Source: a virus (Duplodnaviria; Caudoviricetes). From it: DNA of 32,496 bases. Shown piece by piece: positions 24,732-32,496 of the stretch. Every line of letters starts with the position of its first letter. The first letter of the stretch is position 1. The stretch is taken from positions 1-32,496 of IMG/VR virus record IMGVR_UViG_3300008255_000089; one strand, written 5' to 3'. The translations under genes and the position numbers were made by a program. Under the pieces are notes generated by a model, which was not told the DNA's origin, made no database searches, and saw only the letters and a program-made list of their open reading frames with translations.

Positions 24732-26042
24732 ATGGGTATTTTTGATTTTCTAACCAAAGCGGGCCGCGGAAAGCCACCCAATGACCGTATATGGTCAAGC
24801 CTTATGGGTAAGGGCAGCGCAAAAATGAAGGACAAAAACCCCACGGAGCTTATACAAAGTTACCGTGGCGTTGTGTATGGGTGCGTAAGCAGTATAAGCG
24901 AGCTTGTTGCCACAATGCAGCTCAAGCTGTACCAAGTCAAAAAAAACGGAAAGCGTGACGAGGTAGAGAGCCACCCAATACTTGACGTGCTTGGTAAGGT
25001 TAATAATTATATGACCCTTAACAACGCGCTTGAGCTTTTGCAGCAGCACATGGATTTGGCCGGTGAGCATTTTTGGTACGTTATCAAAAACCAACTTGGC
25101 GAGCCAATGGAAGTGTGGCCACTGCGGCCAGACCGAGTTACCATTTACCCAAGCAGCACGGAGTTTATTAGTGGGTACGGCTATACCCCGGAAGGCGAAA
25201 GCACGCCAATCCCGCTTGAGCGTGATGAGGTGGTGCATTTTAAATACTTTGACCCCGACAACATGTACCGCGGCATAAGCCCACTGCGCGCGGCCATACG
25301 CGAGTACCAGATACATGAAAGTGCGCAAAATATGAACTTTGCTATGTTTGAAAACATGGCCATGCCGGGTGCGGTAATGAGCACTGACCAGACAATTGAC
25401 AAGGCAAACTTTGAGAGAATGCAAAAGCAGTTTGAGCAAAAGTACAAAGGCAAGGACGATGCCTTTAAAACCATGTGGCTAAGCCATGGGTTTAAGTACA
25501 ACCCGGTTAGTATTAACCCTAAAGATTTGCTGCTTGTCGACCAAATGAAAATGACCGCGGAGGATATACGTATGGCGTTTAAGGTGCCAAAAACGGCACT
25601 GCTTAGCGTTGATGATGTTAAGTTTAACAACGCGGATGTTACCCACCGCATATACCTGCTGTACACAATTGTGCCCAAAATGCGGCGCATTGTTGACACG
25701 CTTAATGAGTTTTTTGTGCCAATGTTTGGGCAGGCCGGGCTTGAGCTTGGTTTTGATAACCCGGTGCCAGAAGATGTAAAAATGCAGGCCGAGGTGGCAC
25801 AGCAGATTGTGGATATTGTTAAAACGCGCAACGAGCTACGTGACGAAATGGGGCTGCCGCCAATTGCCGGTGGCGAAACGCTTTACATGCCATTTAACAT
25901 GGTGCCAATTGGCAGTGGCGTAAACGAGCAGCAGGTGCGCAGTCTTGAGCAGCAAAACAGCCTACTGCAAAAGCAGGTTGAGGCGCTTACCAAGGAAAGG
26001 AATAAAATTAAAATGTTGGAGGCCCATGCCACTAAAAATTGA
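24732..26042 (+). CDS. Portal protein (HK97 family)
   Basis: 'VYGCVS.I...VA', 'WPLRPDRV', 'EVVHFK', 'RGISPL', 'I..AFKVP', 'TRNELR..MGLPPI.GG'. Confidence 0.95.
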   Translation: MGIFDFLTKAGRGKPPNDRIWSSLMGKGSAKMKDKNPTELIQSYRGVVYGCVSSISELVATMQLKLYQVKKNGKRDEVESHPILDVLGKVNNYMTLNNALELLQQHMDLAGEHFWYVIKNQLGEPMEVWPLRPDRVTIYPSSTEFISGYGYTPEGESTPIPLERDEVVHFKYFDPDNMYRGISPLRAAIREYQIHESAQNMNFAMFENMAMPGAVMSTDQTIDKANFERMQKQFEQKYKGKDDAFKTMWLSHGFKYNPVSINPKDLLLVDQMKMTAEDIRMAFKVPKTALLSVDDVKFNNADVTHRIYLLYTIVPKMRRIVDTLNEFFVPMFGQAGLELGFDNPVPEDVKMQAEVAQQIVDIVKTRNELRDEMGLPPIAGGETLYMPFNMVPIGSGVNEQQVRSLEQQNSLLQKQVEALTKERNKIKMLEAHATKN

Positions 26043-26802
26043 CCGCGATATTGCATACAAGCAATTTTTGGTTGCCCAAGACCCATACGAGCGCAAGTTT
26101 GCCGATGCGCTTGTGCCTTTGTTTACTGCGCAGGAGGCGCGGGTAATTGCCGCAATGGGAGGCAGCAAGGCTTTTACTATTGCCAAGACGGTTGACAATT
26201 GGCTGCCAAATGCCGGGCAGGAGGCTGCGGTATTTTTCCAAGCAACATGGGGTATTTACGAGGACATATTGGTTAACGAGGGGCAAGCAAGCCTTGATTT
26301 TTTGGGCCTTGACCAAGTGTTTTTGGTGCAAAATGTTGACCTTGGGCCTTTTGTTGACAAGGTAAAGCTTAGCCATTGGCACGTACAAAACAACACGCGC
26401 AACCGATTACGCGACACGTTGCAGGCAGGGCTTGAGGCAGGGGAAGGCATTAGCGAGTTGCAGGAGCGTGTGGAAATTACTTACGACCAAGCACGCGGGT
26501 TTAGGGCTGAAACGATTGCACGCACGGAAACAGTTAAGGCTTTCAATTTTAGCCGCATTGCCGGGTATGCTCAAAGCCAAGTTGTAAGCCGCAAGGAGTG
26601 GCTTAGCACCCGCGACAACCGCACACGCGGCAATGACGTTAACGACGAGTTTGACCACTTAAGCCCGGATGGGCAGGTAAGCAACCTGCATGGTTTTTTT
26701 GATATTAGCGGGGAGCAGTTGGCATACCCCGGCGATCCTAGCGCCAGCCCCGGAAACATAATTAACTGCCGCTGCACGGTGCTACCGGTAATTGATGATT
26801 AA
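26026..26802 (+). CDS. Minor head protein, MuF/SPP1 gp7 family
   Basis: 'RAETIARTET', 'KEWLSTRDNRTR', 'YPGD', 'INCRC'. Confidence 0.92.
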   Translation: MPLKIDRDIAYKQFLVAQDPYERKFADALVPLFTAQEARVIAAMGGSKAFTIAKTVDNWLPNAGQEAAVFFQATWGIYEDILVNEGQASLDFLGLDQVFLVQNVDLGPFVDKVKLSHWHVQNNTRNRLRDTLQAGLEAGEGISELQERVEITYDQARGFRAETIARTETVKAFNFSRIAGYAQSQVVSRKEWLSTRDNRTRGNDVNDEFDHLSPDGQVSNLHGFFDISGEQLAYPGDPSASPGNIINCRCTVLPVIDD

Positions 26803-26808
26803 ACTGCT

Positions 26809-26836
26809 TTCCCAATTTACCCGTACTTGATATTAT
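26809..26836 (+). promoter_or_regulatory. Possible internal promoter for protease/capsid genes
   Basis: TTCCCA-16-TATTAT with extended TG; TCCCAATTTA repeated at 26810 and 26844. Confidence 0.45.
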
Positions 26837-26866
26837 TTAATCGTCCCAATTTAGTGGAGAACCCAC

Positions 26867-27736
26867 ATGCTTAAGCAAATTTTTAACCTCATTGTAAAAG
26901 AGCGCACCGAAAAGGGTGGGCGTATTGTTATTAACACTGGCGCTGTTGACCGCATGGACGACAGGGTAAGGCCAAACGGCGCAAAGATTGCCAACTACCT
27001 AAAAAATCCGGTAGTGCAGTGGGGCCATAATTATCACGACCCTTGGGCCACTATTGGCAGCACTACCAAGCTCGAAATAACGGACGAGGGCATTGTGGCT
27101 GAGTTTGAGTTGCGCGAGCCCGCCAACGACAGCGACCCGCAAAACATTATTTTGGCACTATGGAAGCAAGGTTTGGTGCGCGCAGCCAGCGTTGGGTTTA
27201 ACCCATTGGCCAGCGAGCCCAACGAAGATGGTGGCCGCGACTTTGTTAGCTGGGAGCTTTTGGAGTGGTCATTGGTGCCAATACCAGCAAACCAAGAGGC
27301 ACTTGCCTTGGCATACAAGGCAATTGGAGGTGGTAACGAAAGTGGCAAAACCGTTGCAAAGCAGGCAAAAGATGTAAACAAAACCATAAGCGTTACGCCA
27401 GCGGAGCTTGCCGAGTACCGTAAGGCCAAAGCGCTTACCAGCCAACACCAGCCGGTTATAAAGGAGTACCGCAAACGCATGGTGCAGTTACGCAACATGT
27501 TTGGCGTGCCCATTACCACTGACGAGCTTAAGCAGATTGATATGGTGTTTGGCAAAGCAATTAAGGTATTACGAGTTGTTAAGACTGGCAAACCGGTCAA
27601 CGGTAAAAGCGATGCGGCAACCCCGCAACGCAAGCACGCGGCAACCCCGACCGTGCAAAAAGGGCTTACCGAAAAGCAGGTTGCACAGCTTACAACGGAA
27701 GTGATAAACGAATTAAATCAACAATTAGGAGGCTAA
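26867..27736 (+). CDS. Prohead protease (HK97 family) with C-terminal extension
   Basis: 'VDRMDDRV', 'NPVVQWGH', 'ASVGF', 'LLEWSLVPIPAN..A'. Confidence 0.92.
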   Translation: MLKQIFNLIVKERTEKGGRIVINTGAVDRMDDRVRPNGAKIANYLKNPVVQWGHNYHDPWATIGSTTKLEITDEGIVAEFELREPANDSDPQNIILALWKQGLVRAASVGFNPLASEPNEDGGRDFVSWELLEWSLVPIPANQEALALAYKAIGGGNESGKTVAKQAKDVNKTISVTPAELAEYRKAKALTSQHQPVIKEYRKRMVQLRNMFGVPITTDELKQIDMVFGKAIKVLRVVKTGKPVNGKSDAATPQRKHAATPTVQKGLTEKQVAQLTTEVINELNQQLGG

Positions 27737-27738
27737 CC

Positions 27739-29061
27739 ATGGATTTAGAAGCCATGAAAAAGCGTCTTGCTTTTTTGCTGTCAAAGGCAGAAAACGGCGA
27801 AACACTTACGCCGGAGCAAGAGGCTGAACAAGAACAGTTGGAAACCGACATTGAGGAGGCCGAAGCGGCTGACGAGAATGCCGGCGACGAAAACGCTGAC
27901 GAGAACGCCGGAGAGGGTGCTGCCGCAGATGCAGCCGCAAAGGCTGTTTACGTGCCGGCCTCACAAATTAGCGCCATCGTTAAAAGCGTTGTGCGTGAAG
28001 TTGTGAGCGATATGCGTATCAAACCTGCCCGCAAGGCACTGCCAATTTTTGGCAAAAACGTGCAGACCATGCACAAAGTGAGTAAAAAGCAGTATGACTT
28101 GGCCGATTACGTCAATGCTATTTACCGCAAGGATGTTGGGTTGCTTAACGAGATTATGCAAAAAGCAACCATGAACGTAACCACCAACGCAGAGGGTGGT
28201 TACACTGTGCCAACCGAGCTTTTGGGTGAAGTGCTTAAAATCGTTGACGATTATGGCATTACCCGCCAGCTTGTTACGCGCAGAAACATGACCAGCAACA
28301 AAATGGACATGCCCACCAAATCTGGTGGCGTTAGCTGGTACAAGGTGTCCGAAAACAGCGCTGGCACGGAAAGCAGCGTTGGCTTTGGTACCAAGCAGCT
28401 TGATGCTACTGACTACCTTATGGCAATTGCCCGCAGCTCGCAGCAGTTGCTTAAGGATAGCGCGGTAAACATTCAAGCTTACCTTACGGAGGAGTTTGGT
28501 TATGGCTTAAGCCAGTTTATTGACGCTGAGGTTTTGGCGGGTGACGGCACCAACTTTACTGGGGTGCTAAACGAAAGCGGCGTAAACGTCATTACCATGG
28601 ACAGCGGCGACACTGCGATTACTGACTTTAACACTGACTATGCCAGCGAAATGATTGACGCGCTGACCAGTGGCGAACGACGTAACGGTGCATTTTTCTT
28701 TAACAAAGCTATTGGTGGAGTGCTGCGCACCCTTAAGGATGCAAACGGCAACCCCATTTACCAGATGCCAACGGCAAGCGACCCCGCAACGCTGTTTGGT
28801 TATCCGATTTACTTTGTTGAGGATGATGTGCTTCCTGCCGCACCAGCAGTAAACACCAAGTACGGTATCTTTGGCAGCCTTAAAAACGTTACCATGGGTA
28901 TTCGTGAGGACGAAACCGACCTGCAAATTAGTGACGTTGCTGTTGTTGGCGGTGAAAGCACTTGGGAGCGCAACCAAGTTGCGTACAAGATGCTTATGCG
29001 TGCCGACATTAAAGTTGCCTTTCCCGGCGCATTTAGTGTTATTCGCACCAGCGCAAGCTAG
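27739..29061 (+). CDS. Major capsid protein (HK97 fold)
   Basis: Acidic/coiled N-terminal delta domain, 'GGYTVPTE', 'VLAGDG', 'LKDANGNPIY', 'TLFGYPI', 'IFG', 'ERNQVAYK..MRAD'. Confidence 0.97.
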   Translation: MDLEAMKKRLAFLLSKAENGETLTPEQEAEQEQLETDIEEAEAADENAGDENADENAGEGAAADAAAKAVYVPASQISAIVKSVVREVVSDMRIKPARKALPIFGKNVQTMHKVSKKQYDLADYVNAIYRKDVGLLNEIMQKATMNVTTNAEGGYTVPTELLGEVLKIVDDYGITRQLVTRRNMTSNKMDMPTKSGGVSWYKVSENSAGTESSVGFGTKQLDATDYLMAIARSSQQLLKDSAVNIQAYLTEEFGYGLSQFIDAEVLAGDGTNFTGVLNESGVNVITMDSGDTAITDFNTDYASEMIDALTSGERRNGAFFFNKAIGGVLRTLKDANGNPIYQMPTASDPATLFGYPIYFVEDDVLPAAPAVNTKYGIFGSLKNVTMGIREDETDLQISDVAVVGGESTWERNQVAYKMLMRADIKVAFPGAFSVIRTSAS

Positions 29062-29071
29062 GCCAGCGTTG

Positions 29072-29103
29072 TTGGCTGGGGCTGCTTATGTGGCCCCGGC
29101 CAG
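29072..29103 (+). terminator. Hairpin after the capsid gene (weak terminator or mRNA stabiliser)
   Basis: TTGGCTGGGGCTGC-TTAT-GTGGCCCCGGCCAG stem with G-U pairs; poor U-tract. Confidence 0.55.
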
Positions 29104-29133
29104 CTTGCTTAAATAATTACAGGGAGGCAAACA

Positions 29134-29466
29134 ATGCCGATTTATGAGGCACAATATGGTTTTAGGGTAAAGGGAGCCTTTTACCGAGCTGGCACCAAGC
29201 TGGACGCACCCGCGGAGGTGCTTGCCGATGCTGGGGTGCTTGATTTGGTAAAGGAAATACCCGCCGCCATTGAACCACCAAAGGAATTTTTGGCAGACAA
29301 GCCAAAGCCAGCGGACGAGCCAGTTAAAATTGAGGCCACACCGGAAGTTGATGCGGACGCACCCGCGGAGGGTGAGGCTGAAACCAAAGAGGCTGAACCT
29401 GAAAAAAATCGCGCCATGCAAACTGGCGACGTTAAGACCAAGACACGTACCAAAGGAGGCAAATAA
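29134..29466 (+). CDS. Hypothetical acidic protein after the capsid gene
   Basis: GGGAGG RBS; small folded N-terminus and E/P/A/K-rich tail. Confidence 0.8.
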   Translation: MPIYEAQYGFRVKGAFYRAGTKLDAPAEVLADAGVLDLVKEIPAAIEPPKEFLADKPKPADEPVKIEATPEVDADAPAEGEAETKEAEPEKNRAMQTGDVKTKTRTKGGK

Positions 29467-30419
29467 TGTCCTACGAACCTTATACCCCGCACCAGCAGCA
29501 ACGCATTAAGGGGCTTGGGGAAGACCAGAAGCGTGCGCACTTTGCCCACTACCAAGCCAGCCCAACGGCTGACGCGGCAGATGCGTTGCACGCGGCTGTC
29601 ACTGACGACAGCACGTTGCAAGTTATTTTGGATGCAATTACTGACCCAAACGACCTTGTGGCAAACGATGATATTACCGGTGGCACGCAGGTTGTAACAG
29701 CAACCGCAGGAGGCACTGCCGGTGATATTAAGGCAATCCAAGTACACGTTTACGGTACCAATGCGGCAGATGCAAACATTGACGAAGAATTGCCGGCGTT
29801 TACTGTTAACACAGCAGGCACGGTTACTGGCGCACTTGCCTTTAAAACCATTACCAAAATTATCATCCCTGCCCATGACGGCACCGGCGCAACAACCAGT
29901 GTTGGCGTTGCTGGGGATGTTGATGCGATTTTGCCAGCTGAAACAGACCAAGGGGTTACCCTTACAATTACTGAGCTTGACGCGCAACCAGATGTACCGC
30001 GCTGCATTAGCGCAACCGCTGGTGGCACGGCTGGCGACGTTAAGGCAATCCAAGTTGGCCTTACCGGCACAGACGTTGCAGGTAGCACCATTACGGAAGA
30101 TTTGCCAGCGTTTACAGTAAACACACCGGGCGCTGTTACGGGGGCCAAAGCCTTTGCAACGATTACCCGCGTTGAGATACCTGTACACGATGGTAATGGA
30201 GCGACCACAAGCATTGGCGACAGCGACATTTTAGGGCTGTACCACAAGCTTGCACGCAACACGGTTGTAAAAACTTACCTCAACAACGCGCTTGAGGGCA
30301 CAGCCCCAACGGTTGCAGTAAGCGCAACGGTACCAGCCAGTAACACCATTGACCTAAATAGTGCTTTGGATGGTAACCAAGTGGACTGCTATTACTTGGT
30401 TGACGCGGACAACATCTAA
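29466..30419 (+). CDS. Putative virion (decoration) protein with internal tandem duplication
   Basis: Two ~104-aa repeats 'ATAGGTAGD.KAIQV...E.LPAFTVNT.G.VTGA.AF.TIT...IP.HDG.GATTS.G'. Confidence 0.7.
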   Translation: MSYEPYTPHQQQRIKGLGEDQKRAHFAHYQASPTADAADALHAAVTDDSTLQVILDAITDPNDLVANDDITGGTQVVTATAGGTAGDIKAIQVHVYGTNAADANIDEELPAFTVNTAGTVTGALAFKTITKIIIPAHDGTGATTSVGVAGDVDAILPAETDQGVTLTITELDAQPDVPRCISATAGGTAGDVKAIQVGLTGTDVAGSTITEDLPAFTVNTPGAVTGAKAFATITRVEIPVHDGNGATTSIGDSDILGLYHKLARNTVVKTYLNNALEGTAPTVAVSATVPASNTIDLNSALDGNQVDCYYLVDADNI

Positions 30420-30433
30420 ACAAAGAGGCAACA

Positions 30434-31012
30434 ATGGCAGACTTGACAACCACAACCTACGTTAAAGCCCACCTTGGCATTACTGTTACAACATACGACA
30501 CGTTGTTTGCGCAGCTAATTGCCGGGTTGTCTGCCTTTGTGGAAAAGTACACCGAGCGCACGTTTGCCAATACCGACTACACAGAGCGGCTTGACGGCCC
30601 CGGCCATTACGAGCTGTTTTTGACCCATTACCCGGTCAATAGTGTCGCAACGGTAAAGCGAAACGATGGGCAAGTGGGCAACCCTAGCTGGTCAACTGTT
30701 GAAAGCCAGTATTATGTGCTGTACGCAGAGGCTGGTTATTTGTACCGGGAGCTTGGCTTTGTGACTGGGCACCAAAACTGGCAGGTAGCATACAGTGCCG
30801 GCTATGGTGACGACCCCGCAGACATGCCACTGGACTTACAACTTGCCATGGCCAACCTTGTTGGCTACCTGTACAAGCAGCGCACACAGCAGGGCGTTAA
30901 GGGCTTTCGCACCGGCACCTTTGCTGTTACTTACCAAGATGCGGCAGTTGCCATGGAGCAATTGCCGGCAGTAAAAGCTACCCTAGAAAGCTATAAGAGG
31001 CGCAATGTCTGA
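30434..31012 (+). CDS. Head-tail connector/adaptor (gp6-like)
   Basis: 'LTT...VKAHLGI', 'VEKYTERTF', 'V.YSAGYG....MPLDLQLA', 'LESYKR'. Confidence 0.9.
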   Translation: MADLTTTTYVKAHLGITVTTYDTLFAQLIAGLSAFVEKYTERTFANTDYTERLDGPGHYELFLTHYPVNSVATVKRNDGQVGNPSWSTVESQYYVLYAEAGYLYRELGFVTGHQNWQVAYSAGYGDDPADMPLDLQLAMANLVGYLYKQRTQQGVKGFRTGTFAVTYQDAAVAMEQLPAVKATLESYKRRNV

Positions 31013-31334
31013 AATACTTGACATACTTAACGCCACCGGTACCGTTTACCGGCTGCGCGGTACGGACGTAAACAACAACAAGCAGGAGTATTACTCTTTT
31101 GCCACCGGTGTTGCCGTGCGGCTGGAAAGCATTAGCGACAGCGATGTTATGTATGCGCAAGGCGACCTTACAAAAACATTTAAGGTGTATGCAGCGGTTG
31201 GCGCATTTAGGGAAAGTGACAAGCTGGTTATTAACAGCACTACGTATTACGTGGAGGGCGTGCGTACCTTTAACCAAGAGTACGGTGCCCACCTTGAGGC
31301 GATAGTGCATGAAACGAGGGCGCTTGATGCTTAA
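31005..31334 (+). CDS. Head closure/stopper protein
   Basis: 109 aa beta-rich, '.DKLVINSTTYYVEGV....GAHLE'; synteny. Confidence 0.75.
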   Translation: MSEILDILNATGTVYRLRGTDVNNNKQEYYSFATGVAVRLESISDSDVMYAQGDLTKTFKVYAAVGAFRESDKLVINSTTYYVEGVRTFNQEYGAHLEAIVHETRALDA

Positions 31335-31803
31335 TGCAAACGATTACCAAATATCAATGAACGTTGCGGAAATAAAGCACATGTTTGACATGGCACCAAA
31401 CATTACGCGCGAGGAAGTTGGCGGCGCTGTTAAAAAGGGCACGCTGGTTACCATGCGCAACGTAATGAAGGAAAGCCCTGTTGATACTGGCCGAAACCGC
31501 AGTGCTGTAAACGCAGAGGTTACTAGCAGCCAAGGCAAAATTTTGCCCGGCACAAAGTACACCAAGTACATTGAGTTTGGTACCAAAGGCCCACGAAAAC
31601 CGCCACCATTGCGTGCAATACAGGTTTGGGCAAAGCGCCACGGCATACCTGCTGGCGCATTGCAACGCTCAATTGCCCGCAAGGGTACCAAGCCCAACCC
31701 GCACTTTGCACGCGGGTTTGCCATGTCTAAGGCCAAAATTGAGCAGCTGTTTGACACAGCGCTTACACGCACAGCTGCCCGCATAGCAAAGGTGAAATTA
31801 TGA
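31327..31803 (+). CDS. HK97 gp10-like tail completion protein
   Basis: 'SPVDTGRNRS', 'Y.KYIEFGT', 'KGTKPNPHF'. Confidence 0.9.
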   Translation: MLNANDYQISMNVAEIKHMFDMAPNITREEVGGAVKKGTLVTMRNVMKESPVDTGRNRSAVNAEVTSSQGKILPGTKYTKYIEFGTKGPRKPPPLRAIQVWAKRHGIPAGALQRSIARKGTKPNPHFARGFAMSKAKIEQLFDTALTRTAARIAKVKL

Positions 31804-32228
31804 CAACGTATTCGAGCTTGCACAGCGCAATTGTAGCCAAGATAACAAGCATAAAAACTGCCGCAAAAATACAGCAGATTGCTGGTGCCGACTTGCCAGC
31901 AGGTGAGTGGCCATTGGTTACCGTAAGCCCTAGCGACAACGAAAACGATTACTACACCACCGAAAGCACAATGCGTGGTTACGGCTTCAACATAAAAGTT
32001 AAGCATGTGACCAATAAGGAGGTGCTTGACCTTGAGGACGTGGACGGTGTACTTATGGCAGTGGCAGACGCGATAATTGACGCGTTTGACAATGACGAAA
32101 CTTTGGGTGGCGCATGCCACATTAGCCAGCCGGTTGCTGGGCCGTTTGACTTTGAACGTGCAGCGGTTGGCGAGGTACGCGTTGTGCTGCTCAAGCTCAA
32201 ATGCCAAGTGCATAAATACCTGACATAA
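31800..32228 (+). CDS. Putative tail terminator
   Basis: 142 aa, 'WPLVTV', 'DETLGG'; synteny before the tail tube gene. Confidence 0.7.
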   Translation: MTTYSSLHSAIVAKITSIKTAAKIQQIAGADLPAGEWPLVTVSPSDNENDYYTTESTMRGYGFNIKVKHVTNKEVLDLEDVDGVLMAVADAIIDAFDNDETLGGACHISQPVAGPFDFERAAVGEVRVVLLKLKCQVHKYLT

Positions 32229-32239
32229 AGGAGGCCATC

Positions 32240-32443
32240 ATGGCAAACAAAACAGAGGCCAAACCATATTTGCAGGAGTACGCTTTTCCGGCGCACCCCG
32301 GCATTGTGGTAAAGGCTAACAACCACAAGGAGGCGGTTGTAAAACTTAACGCTGCGCTCAAAGCAAAGACGGAACCGGCCAAGGAGCCAGCGCCAGAAAA
32401 AGAGGCCGGGGATAAGGTTACAATTACTAAAGGAGGCAAATAA
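32240..32443 (+). CDS. Hypothetical protein (67 aa)
   Basis: AAGGAGG RBS; TAATG coupling to the tail tube gene across the circular junction. Confidence 0.75.
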   Translation: MANKTEAKPYLQEYAFPAHPGIVVKANNHKEAVVKLNAALKAKTEPAKEPAPEKEAGDKVTITKGGK

Positions 32444-32496
32444 TGGCCAACGAACATAGCGGCAACAAAACCGCAATAGGGATTGCCATTGAGGGC
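32374..32496. repeat. Terminal direct repeat copy 2
   Basis: Identical to 1-123. Confidence 0.95.

Noticed and set aside
29600-30220. Diversity-generating retroelement TR/VR pair
   Set aside because: No reverse transcriptase; the duplication is in frame within one gene and its differences are not adenine-specific
70-32443. Stop-codon reassignment (code 15 or 25)
   Set aside because: Genes are full-length and tightly packed in code 11, and both TGA and TAG end genes next to the following start

Overview
The window is an apparently complete, circular ~32.37-kb tailed phage genome. Bases 1-123 are repeated exactly at 32374-32496, and every convincing protein gene is on the + strand. It encodes an HK97-type head (TerS/TerL, portal, MuF, protease, capsid), a siphovirus tail (tube, frameshifted chaperone, tape measure, Dit and Tal with inserted carbohydrate-binding-type domains), a lysis cassette with an amidase endolysin, and an early region (DUF1376/YdaU-like initiator with an internal origin, exported RlpA-like protein, AAA_24/Sak4-like ATPase, DEDDh exonuclease, VRR-NUC). 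I see no integrase, CI-like repressor, partition protein, helicase, primase or polymerase. The most unusual part is the ~720-bp non-coding hub at 12923-13644, which appears to hold two divergently transcribed RNAs. The first is a ~55-nt sRNA with a promoter, a seed hairpin and a terminator. Its seed UGGCUUUCUCCGAG is complementary to a non-canonical RBS motif (CTCGGAGAAAGC-like) found in front of the replication initiator, the first gene after each early promoter, and three other genes, which suggests a candidate RNA-only master repressor. The second is a ~190-270-nt minus-strand structured RNA built from two duplicated domains. Other points of note are extreme TC/GA dinucleotide avoidance, several large structured intergenic elements, and an endolysin domain that hints (by inference only) at a Patescibacteria/CPR or other monoderm host. 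All family assignments come from motif recognition by eye, not database searches.
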